A DNA stretch of 64,000 nucleotides, taken from Ignavibacteriota bacterium (lineage in GTDB: Bacteria; Bacteroidota; Ignavibacteria; UBA10030; CAVZMI01). Below, one piece after another: positions 23,754 to 34,961 of the stretch (position 1 is its first letter; every line of letters starts with the position of its first letter). Position numbers and translations under genes: made by a program. The notes beneath the pieces are model-generated. The model saw nothing but the letters and a program-made list of their open reading frames with translations, was not told the origin of the DNA and ran no database searches. The stretch lies in NCBI GenBank assembly GCA_963776275.1, contig CAVZMI010000018.1, forward strand, positions 64,001 to 128,000. Reading direction: 5' to 3'.

Positions 23754-25019
23754 TTATGAAGACACACGTGTCTTGATAACTGCCGTAAGGTCGGCGATAT
23801 TGATTTCCTCTTCACTTCCCTCCCGCATATTCTTCAGTTTTCCGCGTTGGGTTTCCAATTCGTCCGATCCAACAACTAGCACGTAACGCGCATGCTGTCG
23901 GTCTGCTTCGCGCATTTGCGCTTTCACGCTCCGGTGAAGGTAATCGGTTTCACAACTGATGCCGAGCTTTCGGAGCCCATCGATGGCTTTCATTCCCCAC
24001 AGCCGGGCGTGATCGTCAAGAGTAACTATGAAGAGTGAAAGAGGACGGTCGCCGCCGAAAGAAAGTTTCTGCTTATCCATTACCATCAGGATACGTTCGA
24101 TGCCGGCAGCGAAGCCGACACCGGGAGTCCGTTTTCCTCCGATTTGTTCTGTAAGGAGATCGTACCTGCCGCCGCCGGCGAGTGCATCCTGGGAACCGAG
24201 ATCGGGACTGAGCAGCTCAAATGCCGTTTTTGTATAATAATCCAGACCGCGCACGATCCTTCCATCCACCTCATATTCGATTTCGAGATTGGTCAGATGA
24301 TGTTGGAGCGACCGGAAATGTTCCGCACATTCCAGACAGAGGTGGTCTTTCATCAGCGGTGCATCGGCTGTCAGCTTCTGATCATTCTCGTTCTTCGAAT
24401 CCAGAATGCGCAGTGGATTCTGATCGAACCGATTCTGGCTTTCTGAAGAGAGGCGTTCAAAGACCCGTGTAAGATGATTTTTCAGAACCGTTCGATACAG
24501 CGGCCTGCACACCTCGCATCCGACGGAATTGATTTTCAGGATGGACTTCGGGATGCCGATTCTTCTGTACAACTCAACGGCCAATCCGATGACTTCAGCA
24601 TCGAGAGCAGCATCCTGTGCACCGACGGCCTCTATGCCGAATTGATGAAATTGGCGGAACCTCCCGGCCTGAGGCCTTTCCTGCCGGAAAATTGGTGCAA
24701 TGTAGTACAGCTTGGTGAGCGGTTGCTGCTCGCCGATGTTATGCTGGATGTATGCCCGAAGAACGCCGGCCGTCATTTCCGGTCGTAGTGTCAGGCTGTC
24801 TCCGCTCCGGTCGGTGAATGTGTACATTTCTTTGCTGACAATATCGGTGAGATCGCCGATACCGCGGGCGAAAAGTGCGGTCTCTTCGAAAACCGGAGTT
24901 CGAATCTCTTTGTAATTATAAGCGTGTGTAAGTTGACGGAGCACGTCTTCAACATATTGCCACTTTGGTACATCCTCCGGTAGGATGTCTTTTGTACCCT
25001 TTATTGATCGAAAAGCCAC
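23754..25019 (-). CDS. hisS: Histidine--tRNA ligase
   Basis: IKGTKDILP, LRPEMTA, RQERPQAGRFRQFHQFG, VRGLDYYT, GGGRYD. Confidence 0.97.
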   Translation of the reverse strand: MAFRSIKGTKDILPEDVPKWQYVEDVLRQLTHAYNYKEIRTPVFEETALFARGIGDLTDIVSKEMYTFTDRSGDSLTLRPEMTAGVLRAYIQHNIGEQQPLTKLYYIAPIFRQERPQAGRFRQFHQFGIEAVGAQDAALDAEVIGLAVELYRRIGIPKSILKINSVGCEVCRPLYRTVLKNHLTRVFERLSSESQNRFDQNPLRILDSKNENDQKLTADAPLMKDHLCLECAEHFRSLQHHLTNLEIEYEVDGRIVRGLDYYTKTAFELLSPDLGSQDALAGGGRYDLLTEQIGGKRTPGVGFAAGIERILMVMDKQKLSFGGDRPLSLFIVTLDDHARLWGMKAIDGLRKLGISCETDYLHRSVKAQMREADRQHARYVLVVGSDELETQRGKLKNMREGSEEEINIADLTAVIKTRVSS

Positions 25020-25055
25020 AGAAGTCTTAAAGTAGTGGTGAAAAGAGCGTTATCT

Positions 25056-25250
25056 AATTAAAAAGGAAATCCTTCGGCTCGGTCGCTACGCTCCCTCGCT
25101 CAGGACAAGAATTAAACCCTTCGACTCTCCACCTACGCTCTGCTGGTGCGGAGGTTCGGCGGATCGCTCAGGGCGAGAAATTAAAAAATGACTTAATTTA
25201 TAATACGATTAATTATCCTTTTTTCCTTTTTAATTTTTACTTTTTCCTTA
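25056..25250. repeat. Two CCTTCG...GCTCAGG REP-like palindromes embedded in AT-rich AATTAAA-type repeats
   Basis: ATCCTTCGGC...GCTCAGGAC (25069-25106) and CCCTTCGAC...GCTCAGGGC (25117-25174); the same motif occurs reverse-complemented at about 35757. Confidence 0.6.
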
Positions 25251-25308
25251 GAAGAAGGCAGTTATACTTTTTTCTATTGCCATTTAAAATGGTCAGGATC
25301 GATATCCA

Positions 25309-25779
25309 TTAAATTTCGAAGTAATTTGCCTCTTCAGTTTTGAAAGTTGCCAGAACCTCCTGCGCCGACTTGCATGCGAGGAGCTTTTTTCGAAATTCTT
25401 CTTTATTCATCAGACGGGAGATTCTGCTCAGAAGCTTGATATGAGGTCCGACAAGGCTGTCCTTTCCGATGAGAAGAAACACCAACCGTACCGGTTGATC
25501 GTCGAGTGCCTGATAATCGATCGGCCGTTCTGTGAGGGCGAATGCTGCGGCAATATCCGAGACGGCATCTGTTTTTCCGTGCGGGATTGCGAAGCCGTTA
25601 CCAACGCCGGTGGACATGATTTTTTCCCGTTCGAAGATTGCCTGGCGCACTCTTTCTTTGTCAATAATTTTTTTGGATGTCCCAACAATATCGATCATTG
25701 CATTTATGATTTCGGTTTTGTTTACGCCGGGAAGATTGGTACGGATAAATTGTTCTTCAAGGATCTCGCTGATTTTCAT
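25309..25779 (-). CDS. PTS EIIA component (PtsN/fructose-type IIA)
   Basis: REKIMSTGVGNGFAIPHGK phosphohistidine motif. Confidence 0.9.
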   Translation of the reverse strand: MKISEILEEQFIRTNLPGVNKTEIINAMIDIVGTSKKIIDKERVRQAIFEREKIMSTGVGNGFAIPHGKTDAVSDIAAAFALTERPIDYQALDDQPVRLVFLLIGKDSLVGPHIKLLSRISRLMNKEEFRKKLLACKSAQEVLATFKTEEANYFEI

Positions 25780-25830
25780 GATTTCACTATGCTCCTTACA
25801 GGAAAAAACTGCGTCCGAGATTTCTTCTCG

Positions 25831-28342
25831 TCACGCATCTCGCCATTTCAAAAATTTTCGTTCATATTCATCGCTGAGTTGCTTCGCGGTCGTCCAGTCA
25901 CGTGCCTCCACATTAATATGGAACAACGGCCGTTCCCGATCAGGCAATAGAAGGATTGAAGCGAAGCTCTCGGGCGGCTCGAGATAGATTTTTACTCCAT
26001 CAATCAGATCGCGGCGCATATGTTCGGTTTCTTTGATAATATGCCGCATAACTTTCCCTTTATAATCCCATGCGCAGCTTATACTCTTCTTCACAAATCG
26101 GAGGCGGGGAAGCGTTTGGTCGAGTTCTGCGAGACGAAGCCTGGAAATTGCCATTAATTCCAGAATCTTCGCTATGGCAAACATCCCGTCGGTCGCCTTC
26201 AGGAAGTCTGGAAAAATAAAGCCGCCTTTTGTCCCTCCGACGAAGGAAATGCCGGGGTCGGAAATGACATCCATCATCGAGTAATGATTATCCTTGGTCC
26301 GTATGACGATAACGCCGTGTTCCTGTCCGATAAGGTCGACCTCGCGCGTTGCAGTTATCGGTACGGCAACTTTTTTTGTGTCCGGATTTGATGCAAGGAA
26401 GAGTTTTAAAACGATTGTCAGAAATCGATCCTGGCTTATGAGCTCACCCCGGTCATCGACAAGGGAAAGCTTTTCTCCTCCTGCGTCGATCATAAGGCCG
26501 ACGTCATATTTAAGTGAAAGGACAATATCAGAGAGTTGTTTCATCGAAGTTTCGAATTCCTCCGAAGTCCGTGTCAGTTTCGCCGGATCGAGGTATGCGT
26601 TTAATGCGACGACCTGGCAGTTCAGCAAGCCGAGGATCGTAGGAAATATTGTTGATGCGACGCCGTTTGAATAATCGATGACGATTTTGAAATTCGCCTT
26701 CTTAATCTGTTCGATGTTGAGGCGCTTGATGAAATGATCACGATATGACTCGGAAGCGCGATCAGAAAACGTCATACTGCCGACCTTCGAAAATTCTGCA
26801 CGCCGGAAATCCTCGCTGAGGAACAGGCGTTCAATTGCCCTGGTTTTGCCGACCGGGAGATCCTTGCCGGTATTTTCAAAGACAATGATATCCGTGAGGT
26901 GTTTGTCGAATGGTGATTTCCGTGTATGGACTCCGCCTTCGGCTGTTCCTGATTGGGCGAGTTCATGACGAAGGACAGGAATTGAGACCGTCCTGAGATC
27001 GTAGATATTGACCCCGGCGGACATCAATCCCGCCATGAGAGCACGATTCATCATTCGGGACACATTATCTGAATCGCGGCTAACGATAACAGTCTTACCG
27101 GAACCGACGTATGCACCGATCGCTGCACCGAGTCTGGAACCGAATTCCGGCGTCATCTCGATATTCGAGAGTCCTGTAATCCGTGAATCGGTGAACAATT
27201 CACGCAGCCACCGGTCTTCCCATATCAGGCTCCGGGATAATGTTGCCCTGTCTTCGATGACTTTCTCGGGCCAGAGCTTGATATTTGCGGAGAGGTGCGC
27301 TTCCTGACCGATGTAACAATGGTCGCTGATGAAGACATTTTCATCGATGACTGCTCCCGAACCGATCACGCAATCGCTTCCGATCACGTCATTGGAAATC
27401 TCTGTGCGCTCTCCGATTTTTACATGACCCCACACTACAGCGTTATGAAGTGAGGCGCCTGCGTATATGATCGTTCCATCGCCGATGACCACGTTATGGA
27501 GACGGACATTCTCATGGATTGTGCAGCCCTTTCCGATGACAACCTTCCCTGTCAGGTTTTTTTGACTGGTGTGGAGCGTCGAGCCTTCGCCGAGAAATCC
27601 ATAGGATGTCGGGTTTCCCTCGATTGCAACATGAGACCTTTCCATGAAGATAATCGAGGTGTGCATCCTGATACTCGTTGAGTGTTCCGATATCGCGCCA
27701 GTATCGGTCTGAAATATATCCGTAAAGTCCCAGATCCTGTTCCATCATAAACGGGAATAGGTCTTTGCTAAAATCAAATTCTTCTTTTGTCGGGATCAGT
27801 TCCATTACGGATGGTTCCAGGATGTAGATTCCGGTATTTACCGTATCACTGAAGACTTCCCCCCACGAAGGTTTTTCGAGGAACCGGGTAATTTTCCCCT
27901 GTTTATTGGTGATCACAACGCCATACTGCAGCGGATTCTTCACCCGTGTGAGTACCAGTGTCGCACGGGCTTTTCGTTCTTCATGAAATCGAATCGCCTC
28001 CGAGAGATCGCAATCTGTCAATACATCGCCGCTGATGATCACAAAACGGTCGTTCAGCAATGAAGAAGCATTACGGACGCTTCCAGCCGTCCCGTAATCG
28101 GCTTCCGCCTTGACGTATCTTAGAGAAACTCCGAATTTCGAGCCGTCGCCGAAATAGCGTGTGATGACTTCCGGTTGATAAAAGAGAGTAGCGACCAGAT
28201 CGGTGATACCGTGAGAATGCAGCAGTTCAATGATATGCTGCATCATCGGTTTATTCATCACTGGTACTATCGGCTTGGGAATGTTACACGTTAGTGGACG
28301 TAAGCGTGTCCCGAAACCTCCGGCCATTATCACTGCTTTCAT
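25831..28342 (-). CDS. Mannose-1-phosphate guanylyltransferase/phosphomannomutase fusion, split by a frameshift at about 27634
   Basis: MKAVIMAGGFGTRLRPLT nucleotidyltransferase (27512-28342) joins hexapeptide-repeat and PGM/PMM domains (25831-27666); one extra base in gtc-T-cat. Confidence 0.88.
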
Positions 28343-28475
28343 GTGAATCCCGGCATTACGAAAAGATACGGGGTGGGGTTAGATGTATTTATCAAAGTAC
28401 AGAAAAAAAGCGTATGCTGCAAGCTATACTCTCGACATTCAAGTATAATAAGCTTCCTTGTCCATTCTTGCACCA

Positions 28476-29246
28476 TCATGTTTTTTTTCTCACATTATTA
28501 ATGAGGCTTGCCGCGAATCCCGCGCCGAATCCGTTATCTATATTTACAACGGTTACACCGGCAGCGCATGAATTGAGCATTCCGAGCAGCGCCGATAATC
28601 CTTTAAAACTCGCGCCATATCCTATCAACGTCGGTACGGCAATCACCGGAACGTCGCATAACCCGCCAACTACGCTAGCGAGAGCCCCCTCCATGCCGGC
28701 TACGACGATGATCACACTTGCATTTCTGATTAGATTGTGATGCGACAATATACGGTGAATGCCGGCGACACCGACATCAAAAAGGGTTTTGACATGATGA
28801 CCCAGCATAGTTGCGGTCAGTACGGCTTCCTCTGCCACCGGGATATCCGACGTGCCGGCAGTGATGACCATGATATAGCGGTTTGCGGCCGAACGAGATT
28901 TTGCTTTCTTTGGAACGTTCGCAGTAATAACCCGGCATGTCGGGTGATATTTTGCATTTCGCACCACCCGTTTTATAGCACGATACTGTTCTCTTGATGC
29001 TCTTGTTGCCAGCAGTGGTTGATGGTTTTTTGTAAGCTGCTGACCGATGCGAGCCACCTGCTGTGGGGTCTTTCCCTCACAGAAGATAACTTCAGGAAAA
29101 CCCTGCCGCAGAGTCCGATGATGATCGATTGTGGCAAAACCGAGCGATTCAAAGGGAAGAAGTTCTAATGTGTTGATAACTTTCGCGAGACTATGTTTCC
29201 CGTGTTGAAATTCACGAAGATAATTTTGTAGATATTTACGATCCAT
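28476..29246 (-). CDS. larB: Nickel pincer cofactor biosynthesis protein LarB (PurE-like)
   Basis: DHHRTLRQGFPEVIFCEGK, TAGTSDIPVAEEA, DVGVAGIHR, VVNIDNGFGA; start placed at MDRKY. Confidence 0.9.
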   Translation of the reverse strand: MDRKYLQNYLREFQHGKHSLAKVINTLELLPFESLGFATIDHHRTLRQGFPEVIFCEGKTPQQVARIGQQLTKNHQPLLATRASREQYRAIKRVVRNAKYHPTCRVITANVPKKAKSRSAANRYIMVITAGTSDIPVAEEAVLTATMLGHHVKTLFDVGVAGIHRILSHHNLIRNASVIIVVAGMEGALASVVGGLCDVPVIAVPTLIGYGASFKGLSALLGMLNSCAAGVTVVNIDNGFGAGFAASLINNVRKKT

Positions 29247-29377
29247 AAAACAAATGTTCGATAAGAGAGAAAATATAAAGAAAAATATACGACAACGAAC
29301 GAGGAGAAGCAAGTAACATCTGATTAATGAATATGTTACAAATATTGGCCAAAAATGAAATTTTCTGAAGAAAAGAC

Positions 29378-29406
29378 TTGCTCCAATTTTGAAATTATAT
29401 TATATT
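29378..29406 (+). promoter_or_regulatory. Sigma70-type promoter of the repeat array/tRNA-Gly-tRNA-Cys transcript
   Basis: TTGCTC (29378-29383) - 17 bp - TATATT (29401-29406) with AT-rich upstream sequence. Confidence 0.6.
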
Positions 29407-29424
29407 CAATCCGCTATGATTCAT

Positions 29425-29854
29425 GCGGGAATAGCTCAGTTGGTAGAGCGTCCCGATGAAATCGGGACCAAGATTGATGTCACGGGAGATATAACGTGAC
29501 AGTGTTAAATGCGGGAATAGCTCAGTTGGTAGAGCGTCCCGATGAAATCGGGACCAAGGTTGATGTCGTGTGAGATATAATGTGACAGTGTTAAATGCGG
29601 GAATAGCTCAGTTGGTAGAGCGTCCCGATGAAATCGGGACCAAGATTGATGTCACGGGAGATATAACGTGACAGTGTTAAATGCGGGAATAGCTCAGTTG
29701 GTAGAGCGTCCCGATGAAATCGGGACCAAGGTTGATGTCGTGTGAGATATAATGTGACAGTGTTAAATGCGGGAATAGCTCAGTTGGTAGAGCGTCCCGA
29801 TGAAATCGGGACCAAGATTGATGTCACGGGAGATATAACGTGACAGTGTTAAAT
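29425..29854 (+). repeat. Tandem array of five 86-bp tRNA-Gly-derived units (A-B-A-B-A)
   Basis: Units start at 29425, 29511, 29597, 29683 and 29769; each begins with the first 26 nt of the downstream tRNA-Gly. Confidence 0.97.
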
Positions 29855-29927
<73 letters not shown>

Positions 29928-29975
29928 CGAGGTATCCGTCAGGGTACCTTATTTGATACACTTCCTCTTTAAATT

Positions 29976-30015
29976 GCCCCGTCGCCCCCAATCCCACCAG
30001 GTGGCGGGGCCTTTT
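29976..30015 (+). terminator. GC-rich hairpin with short T tract between tRNA-Gly and tRNA-Cys
   Basis: GCCCCGTCGCC...GGTGGCGGGGC followed by CTTTT. Confidence 0.35.
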
Positions 30016-30030
30016 AATTGATGAAGTGAC

Positions 30031-30102
30031 GGCGACGTACCCAAGTGGTAAGGGAGAGGTCTGCAAAACCTTTATGCGGCGGTTCGAATCCGCCCGTCGC
30101 CT
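30031..30102 (+). tRNA. tRNA-Cys (GCA)
   Basis: Acceptor GGCGACG/CGTCGCC, anticodon arm GAGGT-CTGCAAA-ACCTT, GGCGG-TTCGAAT-CCGCC. Confidence 0.96.
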
Positions 30103-30366
30103 CTATCTTTTCTCTATCGCGTCCGGAGCCGCTGGGTGTCCAGAGACTCTCCCCGATATAATCCCAATTGTGTGAAAAGCATGCATTCTGCCTTTCACCA
30201 TTCCCACAAAAAACATGGGGTGGGATGAGCACGAGAACGATGGAAAGAGTTTGTTCTTTCACAATAACCTTAAACATCCTCGAATTCATTTAGAATTCGT
30301 AGTATAACTTTTGTGTGGTTATTCGACACGCAGAAGTATTAATATTAGTCATACGGAGAAAAAAGA

Positions 30367-33300
30367 ATGGTTAGACGCAAAGTTACTATCGACGGAAACG
30401 AAGCTGCCGCGTATGTTGCTCATAAAGTAAACGAAGTTATCGCAATCTATCCTATTACTCCTTCATCGAATATGGGAGAATGGGCCGATGATTGGTCGGC
30501 AGCCGGTAAAAAGAATATCTGGGGCACTATACCGCTTGTGACAGAACTCCAGAGCGAAGGAGGAGCTTCAGGCGCAGTGCATGGTGCCCTTCAGACCGGA
30601 TCGTTGACAACGACATTCACTGCATCGCAGGGACTATTGCTGATGATCCCCAATATGTTCAAAATTGCAGGCGAACTCACCTCAACTGTCTTTCATGTTT
30701 CAGCACGCACCGTTGCAACACATGCGCTGTCGATCTTTGGAGATCATGGCGATGTAATGGCGACGCGATCCACAGGATTTGGTCTCATCGCTTCAAACTC
30801 GGTGCAAGAAGTGATGGATTTCGCCCTGATCGCACAGGCAGCAACGCTCGAAGCCCGTGTTCCATTGATCCATTTCTTCGACGGATTCCGGACATCGCAC
30901 GAAGTTATGAAGATCGAAGAGCTGGCGGTTGAGGATCTCAGAGCAATGATCGATGATGAATTGGTTCGCGCACATCGTGCGCGCTCGCTCTCACCGGATC
31001 ATCCTGTCACGCGCGGCACTGCACAAAATCCCGATGTGTTCTTCCAGAATCGCGAGACGGTCAATCCGTTCTACGCCGCCTGTCCGGATATCGTGCAGAA
31101 AGCAATGGATAAGTTTGCGAAAATTGTTGGTCGTCAGTACCATCTCTTCGATTATGTTGGGGCGCCCGATGCCGATCGTATTATCATTATAATGGGTTCA
31201 GGAGCCGAAGCCGCTCAAGAGACGGCAGAATATCTCAACAACCATGGAGAAAAAGTCGGCGTGGTGAAAGTCCGACTCTATCGTCCGTTTTCTGTAAGAC
31301 ACTTTATAAAATCTCTGCCAAAAACGGTGAGGGGAATTGCGGTTCTCGACCGTACAAAGGAACCGGGTGCCGCAGGTGAACCGCTATATCAGGATGTCCT
31401 CACGGCGTTGAGTGAGACGCTGATGGGTGGAACGCTTCCGATGGGGCGGTTTCCACAGGTCATAGGCGGACGCTACGGCCTCTCGTCAAAAGAATTCACA
31501 CCGGCGATGGTCAAGGCGGTTTTTGATGAATTGAAAAAAGAAAAACCGAAAAATCACTTTACAGTAGGCATCAACGAAGACGTGACGAAAAGCAGTCTCG
31601 ATTTCGATCCCCGTTTCTCGACCGAGGGTGATGATGTCGTCCGTGCAATGTTTTACGGACTCGGCGCCGATGGAACCGTTGGTGCGAATAAGAACTCGAT
31701 CAAGATCATCGGTGAAGACACCGACAATTATGCGCAGGGATATTTTGTTTACGACTCGAAAAAGTCGGGTTCAATGACGACGTTCTCATCTTCGCTTCGG
31801 CCCCGCCCGATTCATTCGACATACCTTGTTTCGAGGGCAAACTTCATTGCCTGCCATCAATGGTTTTTCCTGGAGAAGTACGATATGTTGAAAGATGCAA
31901 TTCCCGGCGCAACATTCCTACTTAACAGCTCATTCGGTCGGGATGAAGTATGGGATAAACTTCCGCGGACAGTCCAGGAACAGATCATTGAAAAGAAATT
32001 AAAGTTCTATGTGATCGATGGATACAAGGTTGCCGCCGATACCGGCATGGGTGCACGGGTGAATACGATCATGCAGACATGCTTTTTCGCCATCTCAGGG
32101 ATATTGCCGAAGGATGAAGCAATCACAGCAATTAAAAATTCAATCAGGAAGACATATGGAAGGAAGGGAGAGGAGATTGTTCAGCAGAACTTTAATGCCG
32201 TCGATCAGACTCTTGCTCATCTCAATGAGGTGGAATATCCCTCGACGGTTACCAGTAAAATAGAAATGCCGCCCACTGTCTCTGCAAAAGCTCCTGAATT
32301 CGTCAAGAATGTCTCGGCAAAAATGATAGCCGGGATGGGCGATTCAGTACCTGTAAGCGCATTCCCGGTTGACGGTACATGGCCGGCGGCGACATCGCAA
32401 TGGGAGAAACGGAACATCGCTCTCGAGATCCCGGTTTGGGACGAGAGCATTTGCATTCAGTGCGGCAAGTGCGCCATAGTCTGTCCGCACGCAACGATTC
32501 GTATCAAAGTGTTCGATCCAAAATATCTTGCTGCCGCACCGCCGACATTTAAATCGATGGATTATAAAGGCAATGAATATAAAGGGATGAAATATACGAT
32601 CCAGATTGCGCCGGAAGATTGCACGGGTTGTGCTCTCTGCGTCGATGTTTGTCCGGTGAAGAACAAATCGGAGACCCGTCTCAAATCCATAAACATGAAA
32701 CCGCAGCCGCCGATCCGCGAGTCTGAACGTATGAATTACGATTTCTTCCTCGGCCTGCCTGAGGTTGACCGGCGTAATGTGAAGATCGATACGATTAAAG
32801 GATCGCAATTCCTGCAGCCGCTGTTCGAATATTCCGGTGCATGTTCAGGGTGCGGTGAAACGCCGTATGTGAAACTGGTCAGTCAACTCTTCGGTGATAG
32901 GGCTATCATTGCAAATGCCACAGGCTGCTCGTCGATTTACGGCGGCAACCTCCCGACGAGTCCGTGAACCGTCAACAATGAAGGACGCGGTCCGGCATGG
33001 TCGAATTCTCTCTTCGAAGATAATGCAGAATTCGGATTCGGTTTCCGGATCTCGATCGATAAGCAGAAAGAATTCGCAAAGGAATTGCTGACGCAGCTTG
33101 CTCTATCCATCGGTGATGATCTTGCCACTGCACTGATTAACGCAGATCAATCGGATGAAGTAAAGATCTATGAACAGCGTGAGCGTGTTGTCGCTCTGAA
33201 GAAGAAACTTAATCAAATGAACACGCCGGAAGCAAAAAACCTGATGGCCATAGCCGACGTTCTTGTAAAAAAGAGCGTCTGGATCATCGGCGGCGATGGA

Positions 33301-33951
33301 TGGGCGTACGATATTGGATACGGCGGACTCGATCACGTTCTTGCCTCCGGCCGTGATGTGAATGTGCTTGTGCTTGATACTGAAGTGTATTCGAACACGG
33401 GCGGTCAGATGTCGAAATCCACTCCGCGTGCCGCTGTCGCAAAATTTGCTGCCGGCGGTAAACCGCTGCCCAAGAAAGATCTCGGAATGATCGCGATGAG
33501 TTATGGAAACATCTATGTCGCAAAAGTAGCTATGGGATCCAATGATCTGCAGACGGTCAAGGCCTTCCTTGAAGCAGAGGCATATAACGGACCGTCGCTC
33601 ATTATCGCTTACAGTCATTGCATCGCGCATGGAATCAACATGGAAAAGGGAATGGATAATCAGAAGGCCGCAGTAGATTCAGGTCACTGGCCGCTCTTCC
33701 GGTTCAATCCGGCGTTGGCCTTGGAAGGGAAGAATCCGTTGAAGCTCGATTCGAAAGCCCCGAAAATTCCGTTTAAGCAGTACGCATATATGGAAACGCG
33801 ATATAAGATGCTGACAAAGAGCAAACCCGAAGAAGCCAAGCGTTTGATCGAGCTTGCACAGGGAGACACAACATCACGATGGCACTTATATGAACAGATG
33901 GCCAATTTGAAATACGATTTCACTACCAGCACTGAGGAGTCACACGAATAA
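30367..33951 (+). CDS. nifJ: Pyruvate:ferredoxin (flavodoxin) oxidoreductase, interrupted by an in-frame TGA at 32965-32967
   Basis: IYPITPSS, two CxxCxxC ferredoxin motifs, [18 protein letters not shown]; ORFs 30367-32967 and 33085-33951 are in one frame and [16 protein letters not shown] follows the TGA. Confidence 0.93.
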
Positions 33952-33965
33952 GGAGGGTGGAAATT

Positions 33966-34958
33966 ATGGATCTATCGGCCAGGTATATGGGGATGACATT
34001 AAAAAATCCCCTCGTTCCATCGGCATCACCACTCTCACGGTCTATCGATGGAATTAAAGAGCTTGAAGATGCCGGTGCATCTGCTGTTGTATTGTATTCG
34101 ATTTTTGAAGAACAATTCAGTCATGAAGCACGGGAGCTTGCACATTTTCTTTCACATGGAACTGAAAGCTTTGCGGAAGCGGTGACATATTTTCCCCAGC
34201 CCGATGAATTCAATCTCGGGCCTGAAGAATATCTCGAGCTAATTGCGAAGGCAAAAAAGACGGTTGGAATTCCGATTATCGGCAGTTTGAACGGATACTC
34301 GACCGGCGGATGGATCTCACACGCAAAGAAAATGCAGGAAGCCGGCGCCGATGCGCTTGAATTAAATGTATATTATATCCCAACCGATCCAAATCGTTCA
34401 GGAATTGAAATCGAGGCCATGTACATCGATGTTCTCAGGGCGGTGAAGAAATCGGTGACAATTCCGGTGGCGATGAAAATGAGCCCCTATTTCAGCTCGT
34501 TTGCCAACATGGCAAAACGGCTGGATGAAGCGGGTGCGGATGCGCTCGTGCTCTTTAACCGATTCTATCAGCCCGATATCGATCTCGATAAGCTCGAAGT
34601 CGTTCCCAACGTCACGTTGAGCACATCCAACTCGATTCGTTTGCCTCTTCGATGGATTGCGATTCTCTACGGGTATATAAAAGCAGACCTGGCAGCGACG
34701 AGCGGCATCCACACTGCCGATGATGTTCTGAAAATGCTCATGGCCGGTGCAAGCGTGACGATGCTCTGTTCGTCGCTGTTGAGGATGGGGCCGCGTCACA
34801 TTATGTCGATACTTAATAATCTCAAGCAATGGATGGAGGAGCGGGAATACGAGTCGGTGGCCCAAATGCGCGGCAGTATGAGTCAGAGATCGGTAGCCGA
34901 ACCCGCGGCATTTGAGCGCGCAAATTATATGAAGGCGATCACCCGGTATCGGCGGTAG
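33966..34958 (+). CDS. Dihydroorotate dehydrogenase-like flavoprotein (NifJ-associated family)
   Basis: [31 protein letters not shown]; SD AAGGAGG 9 nt before ATG 33966. Confidence 0.88.
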   Translation: MDLSARYMGMTLKNPLVPSASPLSRSIDGIKELEDAGASAVVLYSIFEEQFSHEARELAHFLSHGTESFAEAVTYFPQPDEFNLGPEEYLELIAKAKKTVGIPIIGSLNGYSTGGWISHAKKMQEAGADALELNVYYIPTDPNRSGIEIEAMYIDVLRAVKKSVTIPVAMKMSPYFSSFANMAKRLDEAGADALVLFNRFYQPDIDLDKLEVVPNVTLSTSNSIRLPLRWIAILYGYIKADLAATSGIHTADDVLKMLMAGASVTMLCSSLLRMGPRHIMSILNNLKQWMEEREYESVAQMRGSMSQRSVAEPAAFERANYMKAITRYRR

Positions 34959-34961
34959 AGC

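Noticed and set aside
29425-29854. CRISPR array
   Set aside because: No unique spacers: whole units are near-identical, the constant part is tRNA-Gly sequence, and no cas genes are present.
29425-29854. Five additional functional tRNA genes
   Set aside because: Units lack the TTCRA T-loop and the 3' acceptor strand.
30160-30270. Rex operator upstream of nifJ
   Set aside because: Only a half site (TTCACAA) is present; no full TTGTGAA-N4-TTCACAA palindrome.
32965-32967. Alternative genetic code or selenocysteine
   Set aside because: TGA terminates several conserved genes at their expected ends, and the position is Trp/Tyr, not Cys, in homologues.
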